Shown: piece after piece, positions 23,611 to 37,460 of the stretch
Numbering within the stretch: position 1 is the first letter of the stretch
Layout: every line of letters begins with the position of its first letter
Source: Balanoglossus misakiensis
Lineage: Eukaryota > Animalia > Hemichordata
DNA length: 64,000 nt
NCBI GenBank assembly: GCA_040954595.2
Contig: CM082580.2
Coordinates: forward strand, 11,236,909-11,300,908
Direction: 5' to 3'
Translations under genes and position numbers: made by a program
The notes under the pieces: model-generated
What the model was told of the DNA's origin: nothing
Databases searched by the model: none
What the model saw: the letters and a program-made list of their open reading frames with translations, nothing else

Positions 23611-25574
23611 TGTTTGTCATACCATTCGTATAATGCTGACACTTGATCGTCTGAACTGGTTGCTAAAATGCTAAACCATTGATTGCCCTGCAGTCGTTTG
23701 GCTGTTAGGGGAACCATAGGATTTACAATGAATAATTATGTGCTATGGTAAAATATACACTAGCAGCTAGCACATGCGCTACACAATAGCTCACAAGAAA
23801 TTAATGCAGTCCCAGGTAGTTCGAGAGCTCATATTCGTATGTCTATTTTATGTACAGACCTCAAAATGGCGTCCTGGCAGCAGTTATGATGGGCAGTTAA
23901 GGTTGTGGGTTTGAGCAAAAACTACCCTTACAGTACAGGTATATGCCACACATTTTTGGTTGCAGTGGACTTGTGTAGTTGCCTATAGGTTTTAAGTAGG
24001 TTGCTCAAAAATAATGTTAGATTCTAGATTGCTGCTATACTGGCTTAAAATCTTCCATTGTAGCTTTTCTTGGTTTATGCATCAATAATAATATTCAAGC
24101 TTTTGGTCAATAGTCGTAATTTACCTCCCAGAAAGGTAACAATTTTGATCCCATTCATTTCCAATTTACATCTTTACACAGGGTTTCTTTTCTCTCATTT
24201 ACAAAAGTAAAACTGGGTTGTGATTATGAGCACAGTTAATGAAATCAGTGGTGTTTTCCCCTTTATACATGTAACACATAAATGCAAATATCCACATACT
24301 ACCGGTATAAATTTTTCTAACTGTAGAGTTCTACAGTTATGGATGGGACAGTAGACAATTGTATACAAGGGTTGCTTAGAAGAAAGTTATCAGTAACAGT
24401 CATTCTTTTTTGCAATCTTTTTTAGAAATGTCATTACTATTCAAGTTGATATGCTAATAAATATTCAAGATATGCTAATATATGTAGTTTCAAATAAAAA
24501 TTCTCAAAACTCGTCACAAGTGGGCGCTGCTTTGTGGCACTGCACAAGCTGTCACTGAAGGGACATCCCCATCCATTCGATGATCTTCTCGTACATGTCA
24601 TTACCATGGTAACACCATCTATTTTTCTGCTCTTTAAAAATGAGCAAACACTGTGAAAACATACTGGAACCAAACCCGTGTATTAAATACCTAACAGCCA
24701 CTCAGGATCGGGAGGAACATGATTTCATTTTTATTTGCGGCCTCAATGAAGGAAACAACTACAATGCAGCAATGTCAGTTTTGACTGGGTTCCGACAATA
24801 TCAACAGTTTATACAATAATATTCACAAATTGAAACTTTCCATGTAATTAAAATATCTGGAAGATTTACAAAGTGGAATGTTGTGTGTTTTTCAATACTT
24901 TTTACTTGAGGTGGTGAAAAAGCAACGTTTTTTTGTGACACAAAGAATATTTCATACACAGTAGATCTAAGCCATTCTTTCTTACAGTTCTTACGATCTA
25001 CAGTTACTGACCTTTGACATTGCAACTTTCACCTTAGCACTGCTGATCTCTGAAAACTCGATTCAATGTTTCCGAATGAAAATTACATTAAATTATCATA
25101 AATAATTCTCATTAATTTTCTCAATTTTTGTTTTATTTTTTTTCTGCTTTAATTATTTCCTACAAAATTCGATAATGAAAAATATAAAAACTGTTTCATA
25201 AAGATTGCCTTCAACATATGTACAGAATCAGCAGTGGGAAGGAAAAAGTGAAAATGTGTATGTACAAAAGGGAAATAAGAGTGTAACCTTTTTTTAAACA
25301 TATAAAACTGTCTCGAATCTTAAACAATTGATATGGTGACTATTTACATATTTCTATCAGCCTATAAAATATAGAGAGGAATTCTGTTAAAAATTGAAAA
25401 GAATCTACGACACAAGCAAGAGAGAAAAATATTCAGTGATTCAGTTTTCCAAGACCCTACTGAATACTGAAACATTTCCGAATTGACTTGAGAAGGTAGT
25501 TGAGATTTGAGATTTCATGATTTGCAGTTACCTAGCAACACTAATTGGTACACATCATGGCAGCTCTACATCTT

Positions 25575-28500
25575 CTAGCTTTTGTTTCCATGACTACTGC
25601 TGCCCTTTTTACCTGGGGGTGCCTGGAGGATGAAAATAGAAGTATACTATTATAATTATAGAATTATGCTATACACCTGAAAACTAACCACTCCAAACTC
25701 ATGTATTTCACCCAATTGAATTTTAAAAATATTTATTAAAGTACCTGTGTACAGTTCAGAATTAAGTCAATGCCCATATTTCCCACTGGAATGGTTAAAT
25801 AAATATTTAAACTATGTGTGGCCGCATTGTTTTGCTATTGAATGGTTATTAAATACGAAAATGGGCAAGCGTTGATAGATTCACTCTGCACTATTGTGCA
25901 CAGTGCCCCCAACGACAGAAGGCAACATTTACTTCCTCTTTCAAACTCATACACAATCGTTTACCTTTGTAAGACCAGCGTCAGGAGGTAGCCCACTGTG
26001 TTCCCCATTCACGTGTAATACCGGCATGCCACCGCCCTGAGGAGAAAGCTGTATGTGTGGCATGGGGCCATTGCCTCCTGTGTGCGACATGACGCCTGAT
26101 GGAGCCTGGCCGGCTACAGGCGGGGACGGCTGGTGGTGGTGCATCAGCTGAAACACAAGTTGTTGATGTTGTTCCTAGGGAGAAAACAGAGCCAGTCAAC
26201 AGAGTTATATTATGGGCTGCAGATGCAGAATTCGCAAGGAAAATCACAGTGCATCTTTGATATGCAAATATGATACAAATTTGATACAAAGACAATATCT
26301 TAAATAAGTAATTTCTTCTGCAGTACCCACGAAATACTTCATACCTGATAAGCTGCCGATATGTAGCTGCAGTTCCATCGCCAGACCTCCACCGCCAGGT
26401 AAAAAAAAAACATTGAGCTACGGAACTGCAGCTACAATGTACGTTGAGATTGCTCGACCGCTATTCTACATGGGATACAGCAAAATCGCTCGCGCTATTT
26501 CAAGCGCATAGAAGCCAGTCATACAAAACAGCTGTTTGGGAGACGCGATACCGTTGTAGCATCAGGAGAGACAATGCAGCCAGCTAAGCTGCAACTTTTG
26601 ATACACTGGTATATACATGGACTAAGCATAGTCATGTTCGAAGATTCCCTTTTCTTTACACAAAAATCATGATTTTGCAAAGATCTTTGGCAGTGGTGTA
26701 CATGTACTCAAGACATATACACAATGAATGGGACATATCTATCACTGGAGACCACCTTTAAATTATCAAAATGAATGATGTGGAATGGGTTTTACGCCTG
26801 AATTTCATCCATTTCTGAAGAATATTCAGATGACATTTTTAACAACACAGTGTAGCATTTTAACAGCATCAGTGTTACAATGTGAGAACAGACACAGATC
26901 ATATACCCAAAATTTATCTGAAATATATTCTTTATCTAAGGAGAAATTAAGACCAATTACCGGAGTCAGTTGCTGTTGCTGCAGCATGGTGTTCAGATGT
27001 TGCTGTTGTATCATGATCTGCTGCCGTTGCTGTTCTCGCACTTGAAGCTCTTTGCTGGACTCTCTCATGTGCTGCTCGCGATACCTCTGAGCATCCGGGG
27101 GACTATTGGGATAAAGGTCAAGGAAATGTAAATATAACATCACAACTTTGTATACAAATGTATTAACTTTGGTTCCTTCGAAAGAAATTGATGTGCATAG
27201 GTTAACTGCTCTTACTATGGGCCATAGAATGAGAACCCCAACAAATTTCCTATCAGATAGAATGCATTCACTTCATACCTCTCCTGGTGATGGGTCGGCA
27301 TGCCAACCCTTCCATCCGGCAGCTGTCCCGGTAACGGAGCCGGCGGTTGCTGTACCGCTGATGGGGGTCCGGAGTGAGCGGGTGGCTGCATCACCGGGTT
27401 GTGATTTCCCTGCATCTGTCCCGGCATTGACACTACACCTGCCGCAGCCGTCGTTGTCTGCTGCTGCGGTTGGAGCGAAGGTGCCTGCGGATGAGGTGGT
27501 GTGGTTGGAACCTGCGCCAAGGGACCAGTCGGTATGGCCACAGGAAGTTGGGGAGGCTGTGACCCTTGACCTGGGCTGTTGGAATGTATGCTGGTGCCGG
27601 GGCTCCTGCTGGTTTGGCTCACTGAACCGTGACTTGTGTTCAAATCCTGAAATCAACAAAAACATATTTTTTCTTTATTCTGTGAGGGTTCTCTCTCTCT
27701 GGTAAGAACTATGCCAGGAGAATTCCATTTTGCAACTGGTCTCAAAAATTGTCCTCCTGTTTCTAAGTGGTCTACACTACCTGAGAGTGTCCCTGGGGTG
27801 TGTCTGGATGGATCAGGTTATTAATTCTAGGACTTCTACCAGTTGGACCATTCGGGCTGTTGTCATTGGACCCCCCTGCACTGCCTATGGAGTTCCCCAG
27901 TGGCACAGACAGCCGGGCATTGACAGCCAGGAGGTGGTCTCTTCTTGCCAAGAGGTTCTTGATGTGTTCTTCCAGCCGTTGGTTCTCGGCCCGCAGTTGA
28001 TGTAGACACGACAGTAATGAGGCAACTGTTGGCAGAAACATTGTAGTGTAAATTACACATTTCTGTTAGCACTGAAAAAATTCAGATTTTGATTTAACAT
28101 AAAGTGTGCAACTCATGCATACATCCCTGCATACATGTCTGATTTACAATTTTCTGAGTGAAGTTGCCCAAACCAGGTTTAAAAAAAAAAAAAAAAACAC
28201 TTACTGTCAAAGTGAGCACCCTGCTGCATGAGAAATTCTGATCCTTGTTCCCACTGTCTTTCCAGCAGTTCTTCCATGGTTGCTGGGAATGGAGGCCTGT
28301 GTATTGACAACATGGAGAGACAGAAAATAAAAGCAATGAAACTGCAATGCATGAACTTTAGATGATAATTATAACATTTCAATCAATCACATCAATGAGA
28401 CGAGCACTGGTTATCTACCTAAAAACATTTGTCAGTCTGGAAGATAGATAGATGAACATGTAGATGTCTTATATATCAGGGATGCCAGTACATGTATGTG

Positions 28501-31500
28501 TGTAAGGAAAATGCCAGTATTGAAATTACAAGAAAATCCACTTTGAGATAAGACATCATAGGGGTGTGCAGAATGCTGTTGTACACACAAACAAGAATCA
28601 CATACAGTATTGTTACACCTATGTGACTTACACAGTGCCCGAATTCTCCAAAGTGGTCCTCTGCAGGCTGTTGTGGTGGCTCTGCTGTCTTTGAGGTCCA
28701 AGTAGCAGGCCATTGCTCACAGCTGTGTTGAAAACATCTCTGAAGGCAGTGTCACTAGCACCTGTGGGACAGAGCGGATTAGGTGAAATCTGGGATTCAC
28801 ACACACTATGGTACATGTACATTTTTGTATGAACAAATCCTTGCAATGTAAGCCAGGGAGGGCAGAGAAAAAAAATGCGCAAAGCCTCAAACTCGGTGTT
28901 ATTCCATGAAAGTTTTTTCGGGTAACATGGGTTATCCGATGTGTGGGACCTTACCCTGACTGGCAGCAAGCTCCGGATTCTCCGGGACAAGAGACGGCAT
29001 GGACGAGTGCGACATGCCGAGCTGACTTCCGTACATCTGTTGGCTGAGACTCGAGTTTATGCTCCCTGACAAACTGCTCTCCCCGCACGCCCTGATCATA
29101 CTGGAGAGACCCAGCGTCGACGTGGAGCTCTGGGAGGCAGCGAGGTGCCTGGTCGGCGATCCCTGAGGTACAAGGTTTGGGGGAAGTGGCCCTGACTGTA
29201 TGGCGTTGATTTCGTTCACGTTAAAATTAAAGCTGGAGGAGTTCACAGTGTTGACCGAGCTGTTCAACGAGGACGCGCTCGACTTCCGCGACTTCTTTGG
29301 TGAGGGCTGCGATGACTCATTGATCAGGTCCTTCACCGTCTTGGCAGAGCTCTTGGGTCTGCCCGGGTGGGCCTTGTTCTTTTTCACCCGGTGCTTCTTC
29401 TTGTCGTGCTTGTCGGGCGACTTCACGATGGTTATGGGGGACACTGTCGGCTCCTTGTTTTGCCTGTGTGGCGGCGGTGCAGCGTTTGGGTTGGCGGGTT
29501 GCGCCCCTTGAGAGTATTTCCTCATGAAATCGTGGTACGAGCTTTCGTAGGTTTTGCCCGCCAGACACTCCATGGCTTCGGCCATCGTGGCGAGGTTCGT
29601 GTCAACGGAAATGGGAGGGGGAGTCGACGTGGACGTCGTTATTGGCGGCAAATCTTTGTGTTCAATCGTCTCTGTCGTCACACTGGGCATCCGTGAAGGC
29701 GTAGGTTCGCGAGACGGCTCTTTGGAGGATCGCGCTTGCGACTTGGTCTTGGACTTGGTCGACGACGCGTCGTCGCTGGGCGTGGCTCTGTTCTCAGTGG
29801 AGTTGATGGCGTTGATCTCCGGCAGGCCCAAGCCAGGCAAATCGGGCTGGCTGGCAGTGGAGCTGGGACTATCAGAGCGCCCACTCGCGCTCGCGATCTC
29901 CAACAGAGAAGATTTCGACGACCCGGGCTTCCTGCCTCTCTGGCCCGAGTGTTTCTTGGGCTTGTGCACGGGCGGCGTGACCACCCCAGTGGGACTGGGC
30001 TCCAGAATGGGCTTATTCGATGTAAATTCAGTTTCGGTGAAGTTTGCACTGGTGAATTTGGCAGCGGTCTCCTCCAGACACTTCAGAGAGCTGCTGCTGG
30101 TCGCCGGCATGCTCTCTAAAACCTCCGTTCTCGTCTTTTCGTACTCAGTCTGCGTCACAACACTGGCCTCGGTGGACACTGCATGCTTTTTCCTCTGTTT
30201 GTGCTTTTCGTGTTTCTTTTCCGGGACTTTTTCCTTCTCCGGAGTTGTCGTGTAGTGATGTTTGAATGCCGGAATCGTCTTGATTGTTTCCTTGTCTTTC
30301 TTCTAAAATCAGTAAAAGAAAAGTCAAAATGTCAAGCATAAATTTAAACTAAAGCACCTGTCTGTCCATAAAGATTACAGTGCCTGGCTTTCGCACACCA
30401 TATTCAGATCCAATGTTTGGCCAAAAGGACCACAGAAACAGGTACCCCCATCAGCACAACAAGAAGCGTTTTAAAGGGAAACTCCTGGTCTGGCTACACT
30501 TGTCAGCATCTCTGTTTTGAGCTCAGACAGCCAGAAATAAATCTACGTTCTGTAACCACGCATTACGCTATTTCTTACAAACAGATAACAGAAGACAATA
30601 TTTCCTAGTTTTGAATATGGATTGTTGATGCTTACCCTAAAATGCTAAAATGCAAGCGTTTTTTTTAAGTAAGTAGCAGCAAGTCACATTTCTAGTGCTA
30701 CAGTTCCAACATACCTGGGTGGAGCCAAATTTCATGCCTCCAGCCTGGTAAGCTGGCTTTTGGATTTGTGTACATACATGTTTGTTCGCATCTTGGGCGA
30801 TCCATTTGTCTCTGTTCCTTACCAGTTTATTGTAGTGGTATTCACAGTAGCCGCAGTATTTGACATTGTCTGTGAACTGACCAGCCTCCTCGCACAACAG
30901 TCCTTGCATTTGGGCACTGAACAGAATCGGTTGAAAGCGTTAATTACTACGATGTCTAAGGAAAGAAAATTACTGATTCTCTAAACGCGAAGTCAAAAAA
31001 AAAATTGCTGTAAATTTGGAGTTTCTAAAACGAAAATGTGGTGTAACATGCCAGTCACATCTGCAAATAAAGGTAGTTTAGTTCTGCCCTTTGAACCAGG
31101 CTAAGCAGAGAAGAAAAGTTGTCCTACCAAGTCACATGAAAAGACTGCCTACACCCATTCTTGTTACAAGTCATACACGCCCCCGTGCTGGCTTTGCTTT
31201 CTCTGTGTTGGTGTTCACAAATGTAACAGATCTGTAGAGAAAGGGGAAAATGCATCAGCATGAAAATTTCAATGATAATTAAATCTACAGACACATCAGT
31301 AGCAAGGTGGCTTTAGATCGGAGTTAAGAACGGCGCCTTGCACACTCGTTACACAGTTACATTTGTGTAAATCCATTCTCACCTTGTTATATCGGTCATT
31401 GGGAACCAGAGACAGTAGTATTGGCTCCATGGTGGTCACATTACCGAACCGCACTTCAGGGATGTACAATGCACACACCACATGGGCCCACCCTGTGCAA

Positions 31501-32953
31501 GAAACAGAATCTACATCAGACATTTTGGTAGTTCCAGTGCACTACATTTACACTGTAATCACAATGCTATTCTACAATGTACTTTCAGTCCTGCAATATT
31601 TAAACTGCACCTCCAGCTTTCAGTCACGTTCTGCATAAGGTCACTTGACGTCAGAATTGAAGGAATTCTGCAATTCATGACGGAATCCTTCATGCTACTT
31701 TGACATGTACCCTGATACATGTACATGGTGAAATTTTTCAACCACTCATTTATAGAGACATAGACACACTGGGCAAGACAGAAACAAATACAACAACTGA
31801 AATAACATAATTATTATTACCACCTCCGCCATCAGTCCTCTTCAGAGCACCCTCACGGTGTGGGCAAAGCTCACACCTCTGAATTGAAGAAAACAGAAGA
31901 TGATAAAGCCAGCATCTCCAAGGTTTTTAAAAACTGTATTTGCGTCAAAAGTCCATGAGGATAGTATACCTTATGTTCAGACACTTGTGGATGTGTGGAT
32001 TGCTCATGAACACTGTACACATAGAGTTAAATGTAAGCCTAGCCTAGAAGTAATAAAAAATGTTGCACACCAATTGACTCACCACGCGCGCTGCACGCTC
32101 CTGAGATTCACATTTTCTACAAAACCACGGTCCAGTCGGTACTGTCACAATGCCATAACACGCTGGAACGGAAAGGAAATTGTAAGACACATGGACACTG
32201 TCATGCATTCTTTGACCCATATTTGTTTTGCACTTACACAACTCAACTTCCACTGATATTTTGAACCATTCATCAAGTATAACACCAAGTGGCTGGTTTT
32301 GTCCTTTTCTTGCATCTAATCATCAATACTGAAACTTTTGAAATGTGAATAATAATTCCAAGAAATCCCTGCATGTACGATTTCACACGTGTGTGTGTGT
32401 GTGTGTCCATTGCAGTGATCGACGCGAGGCATAAAATGCCCTCTTCCTACAGAAACTTCCATCGGTCAAAATATTTATCACTGCGTGAACTTACCGCAGG
32501 CCGAGTTGAAGGTTAAACTACTGATCTAAGACGGTCGAGTAAACCTTGAGCGAAAGTTAAATCGTCTTGTGACCTTGAGCATACGTGCTCTTTCTGACAC
32601 CAATAGGCGAGACGCACACACAACTGTCAGGATGTTTTCATAATTATTATATTGACAACTCTTACACACCGAACCGTAATTACCCGATACAAAGACACTT
32701 ATATTTTCGACACTGGTGAAAACAGAAACTCAGCATTGACCTGATTACAGGGTGGCTGATATACACGGTGAAACCATGCCTCATTTTGAGTTTGTTTTCG
32801 TGTAAGTGGCACAGACCTGGTAGTGTGTGTATATACCGTACCTTGATGCACCGCAACATTACAACCATGACCATCACAATATACGAGCGGATTTTCTGCC
32901 CAACCACGCTCGTCCGAACAAACACAGCAACCACCTATCATCTCTTTGGCCAT
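25575..32953 (-). CDS. MLLT10: Protein AF-10/AF-17 orthologue (PZP PHD-Zn knuckle-PHD domain, AT-hook-like motifs, OM-leucine zipper, Q-rich tail); 1045 aa
   Basis: 14 exons (minus): 32953-32842, 32162-32083, 31878-31824, 31492-31383, 31231-31128, 30916-30823, 30302-28955, 28761-28632, 28296-28205, 28025-27781, 27646-27279, 27102-26961, 26174-25965, 25622-25575; total 3138 nt in frame. Motifs KEMIGGCCVCSDERGWAENPLVYCDG, CYGIVTVPTGPWFCRKCESQERAARV, WAHVVCALYIPEV, EELLERQWEQG, LHQLRAENQRLEEHIKNL. Probably pro-orthologue of both MLLT10 and MLLT6. Confidence 0.96.
26362..26436. repeat. 15-bp perfect inverted repeat with 45-nt spacer in an MLLT10 intron (possible MITE internal hairpin)
   Basis: TGTAGCTGCAGTTCC (26362-26376) ... 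GGAACTGCAGCTACA (26422-26436); the surrounding ~300 bp is CpG-richer than the flanking intron. Confidence 0.6.
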
Positions 32954-33220
32954 TTTGGTTGGTTCGTCGAGACTACCGATCGCCCACTATCCCGAGGAAA
33001 GTGCACATTTTGGCGCCTGAAATCGGCAATCGAATTGTAAAAAATTTGAACTGGTTCCCTTTTTGTCTTAAAACAAGGTCACTGGGCATGCGCGGAGCTG
33101 GAGTTAGTGGAATTGTGGGATTGATTTGATTTTCTGAGCGGCGAAATGAGTCGAGTGGGACTTCTTAGCTACTGGTCGCGTGGGTTGCGTTTCGACAGCT
33201 CACTCTGCGTCACGAGACTA
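32954..33220 (-). promoter_or_regulatory. Probable MLLT10 5' UTR/promoter
   Basis: CpG-rich segment directly upstream of the ATG, with NRF1-like GGCATGCGCG (~33085) and Staf/ZNF143-like TGGAATTGTGGGA (33108-33120); motif calls are inference. Confidence 0.45.
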
Positions 33221-34416
33221 TCCTTTCGCTTTTCCTTCGTACATCTTAAATTTAGATATTAATTGCCATTGCTGTAAACTGAGAATCATTTTCCGTTTGG
33301 ACTTCGGAAAGACTGTTCAATTATCAAATGACGGCGGCTACTGTGCTACCCGTCTGCGACTACACCAACCCCATCCCCCTTCCTGTTCTCGTGGCCTTAG
33401 CTGCAATGATAGTAGCGAGTGCTGCTAGGTTGATGGTGTGTTCGCAGCCCTGCAATATACTGTCCCGTGCAGTGCGCTGCAGTTCAGTGCAGTCTCAGTA
33501 CTTGTCATCTATCATCCGTAAAAACGCGCGTTGTTGGCGCTGTTCACCTAAACCCAAAAGAAAAGTGCTGACTCAGCATTTTTTTACAATATTTTAGAAC
33601 CCTTAACAGAAAAAGTAGGATGGGAACACCCTGTATTCTCACTATTATTTGTATTTAAAAATTATCGGTTTACAATATAAAACGATAAGGAAAATGACAA
33701 CTTTATTCTTACTTTTTGAGTAGGCCCTAGTCCTCTACAGACAGACAGACGATCCTGATATATACATACAATACTTCCCTTGATCTGACACTTTTCATGA
33801 TAACTGATAACACATCGGGAAAAAAAACAGTAATTTGAGATTTTGGCTGAATAGTTTGCATACCTGGAAACCAACGTAAAACACCAGAACCATCCCTGGC
33901 CCCAGTTTAAATATTTGACCCTCGCATCGCCAGGGCAAGGGAGTTATCCATAAGCTCGCCACCAACGTTGAACTTTCGATGACCTTCATGGAAGCGAGAT
34001 GATTAGCTTAGTGACAAATGGTGATTGCTGTCGCTGTGGTTGAGTTATTTATCATCGCGCTGACATTCGCCAGTGTCTACTTTCAAGTGATTGATGGCGC
34101 TTCTCGCAAATCGCTCAAACTTGACAGTAACGCTTCAGCATGTATCATATCCAACTCTGAACTTCTGACGGAAATGTTACGGAGATAAGACTGAGAACTC
34201 AACAAAACCACGGCTACTAGTGAAAAGGAGTAACCGAGAGAAAAAAAATAACCGAAATTGTGATTGTCAGTTGGTACGAGTCGCGTTACCTAGCTCTACC
34301 AGTGGTTCAGCTTTTGCTGGAAAGGGAAAGAAGAAATGCCATTATAAATGCAGCACGCGCACGCCACCCTTTGCACCAGTCCCTGTGATCAAGCCTGGGA
34401 CATGTACTATCTGTGC

Positions 34417-34577
34417 AAACAAACAAACAAACAAACAAACAAACAAACAACCACCTGGCCAGTTCACTGACCGAGAAATGCAAACTAATTTTGTTCAAGT
34501 ACGAGGACGCACTTTTCTCATCTCTCCTTTTCACACACGGTGCCTCTGGAATGCTGTGGTGGATGTAGCTTAGAGGG

Positions 34578-34635
<58 letters not shown>

Positions 34636-34652
34636 GGGAGGAGAGAGAGAGA
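34417..34652. repeat. (AAAC)n and long (GA)n microsatellites
   Basis: aaacaaacaaac... at 34417-34450; gagagaga... at about 34580-34652. Confidence 0.95.
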
Positions 34653-37388
34653 GCAAAGTTTCTGACTGGCGAATCTTCTGCCACTGGTTTGTTTTCCGAA
34701 ATGTAACACTTCGAAGCAGTATACATGTACCTGGAAACCGGGTACACCCGAGGACTCAGAAATCAGTCGCGACACATTCCAAACATTTATCTTCATCGAA
34801 GGACACATTTTTGCGTCAACCGTGAAAATACTCGCCACTTTATCTTCACGTGTCCCACCCGTCCAATCAACAAGCAAATTTAAACCCACTTGGATAATTG
34901 TTATCGCCGAGGGAAGTCTCCAGTCGGAATCCCACCATTCATTGATGTTGCCAAGTTTCAGGGACTCGGGGAAAATGTGTGTTGACTTGTCGCACCGAGA
35001 TAAGACACTTCGTCCCAATTGGGCGCCTTTCACAAAATCTGAAATTTACACAGTATGTACCTTTTTGTCGTCGGGTAAAATGAGCGAACATCTCTCCCCC
35101 CCCCCCCGCCGGAAATTGTTTGTCCTGCGATAACGTAAGGGTGAATGGGTGAATTACAATTTGCCTTTTTCGACAGCATTCCAGTAGTCGGTCGGTGATA
35201 TTTCGCCAGGGGATGACCGACGATAAATTATCGAGTTACAGGCGGTTTGCCGTTCCTCTGCGTGCCATGAAACTGGCTGGTACAGCGAGCATAAAAATTC
35301 TCCACTCCACTCCACCACACACAAGCGACGCCACGGTTGCCCGGTGTAAAAGGCACCTTGATTGTTTCGGGTTGCGAAAATATATTTTATGAATTCTCGT
35401 AATGTGCCGGTGGTTTTTTAAACAGTATTTCGGCCAATAATTCAGCAGAACCAACACCGTCGCGGAAGCATTCGGCCAGCTGTGCATGAAATCTCACCTC
35501 GAATGCTGCTCCTTTGTTCTTGGTTTTACCGTACTGCGTAAATCTATCGTACTTGCCCCCTCGATATAGCTTTCCTCCATAAAACCCTCTACGGTAGATC
35601 GAGATACCGAAAATTAGTGAAACTTTTAAGCGTCCAGAAATCGTAAATCACGACCGGGTCTTTTCGAGACTGGGTTGTGGTGCGCCAGATCCGCAAAGCA
35701 TAAAACCCATGCACCGTGCAAATATAATTTGTGCACTCTGGCAGTTTTCGTGACCGATAGCAACGGTTACGAGAAAGTGTCAGGGTACGGCTTGAACTCT
35801 GTGCCGACTTGTGGTCCGATGTTTTTGTCAGCGACACATGCATCTCGTTCGAAATGAACCATCCTTTCTCGGAAAGAGAAGAGAATTCCGAAGCAAGTTT
35901 AATGACAGCGGGTCAAAATATTGATTGCCAAGTTATGCAGGGGAAAAATGTGAACGTTCATGTCGGGTATAAGAAAAACTCGTTCATATTAAATTCAACA
36001 CAAAGTTTTGCGCACCTATATCTAACACTAACGGAAAGACGACGGGTCCCCGTGACTGGCAACAGATCACTGTTTTGAAGCAGAAATCTTGAACAAATCA
36101 GCCAATACACGCGCAATGTAAGAAGCTCACGCATTGGTATTATTTAAGCGAATATAAGCTAAATACATATCCAGAATCTGATATTGGTACATTGCACACT
36201 GACAGCCAAAACCTACAGGTAAATGGAACTTTAAAATCGCATCATGATCCGGACTGAAAAGTTCCAAGTGAGCTCACAAGACAATATAAAATCAGCTAAA
36301 TTTATAAGATGTGCAAACAATATCAAATTACCCACTTATATTTCTAATCGGATTTAATAGACTGCCCATTTTATGAACGAGGTGACAATATTTCGGAAAA
36401 TTCCTGAACACGGGGTCTTGGAGAATGCAGTGACTGGTACTTCGAATTCTGAGCCGCAGCTCAGCTGGATCACCGACAAATGGCGAATTGTGCCTCTAGT
36501 GTAGTAATGAGAGTATTGGAGGGTATTTAATGAAGAAATCAGGAATTTACGTAATGGCACTTGAGCAATAAACAAAATTGCTGTATCGACCGCCTTTATC
36601 AACTTGAATGTGTATTAACAACTGTGCAATTAACGAAATGGTCTTGTATTATTAGACAATTGTCAATAGTCAGCTGTATTGGGCCTCAGGTAAAGAAATT
36701 CCTCCGCCATAGAGGGCAAATCATGTCCTATTAAACTCAAATTGTTGTAGAGCTCAGTATAGATTGTGTTTGAATTTGATCGTAGTGTTAGATGAGGAGA
36801 GAGAGAGAGAGAGAGAGGAGTTTGGCGAGCTCATTTTCTACAAAGGATTTATCGATGAACTGGGCTTTCTTCTGCCACATGCATCCACGACTGGTTCAAA
36901 ATTCAAGCGACTACAATCCACAACTTAATGTTGAGACCCAATTTCGCAGAAAAAAGCCACCCTATTGTGACGTCATAACCCCCGATAAAACACGCGAGGG
37001 CTTTGCCTCGTAAAAAGCTACGGATTTTGTTTTCGTTGCATTGTTGGCTAATGGGGCATGTTAACGAATTGTGTAGCAGTATATCTTAACAACATGAACT
37101 TTGTACGAGTGGTGAACTAACTTAATTTACAATACAGCTTCATTTGCGCTCTACTTTTCTCATTAAAGATATCAATTTTTGACATCCTCGAACGTAAAGT
37201 TTGGTCAGGATTCTACATGCGCATAACAAGCAATTAATGGTGGAATCTTGAAATACGCATCGACCACGTGTCTTCATGGTCGACCCTCTGTTGTATACAA
37301 AGAAATGTGAACGTCTAAACGCCGCGCCAAGGCGCCTCCTTGCAATTTCTAACCGACTAAATAAAACACAGTTGTTCGTGAAATGAGT

Positions 37389-37460
37389 CAACTTCTGAGT
37401 CTGGCCGCTGGAAAACACGGGAGCCAACTTCTGAGTCTGGCCGCTGGAAAACACGGGAGC
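37389..37460. repeat. Perfect 36-bp tandem duplication
   Basis: CAACTTCTGAGTCTGGCCGCTGGAAAACACGGGAGC occurs twice back-to-back (37389-37424, 37425-37460). Confidence 0.95.

Noticed and set aside
37389-37460. 36-bp repeat of CRISPR-like length
   Set aside because: Two copies, no spacer, eukaryotic context, no cas genes
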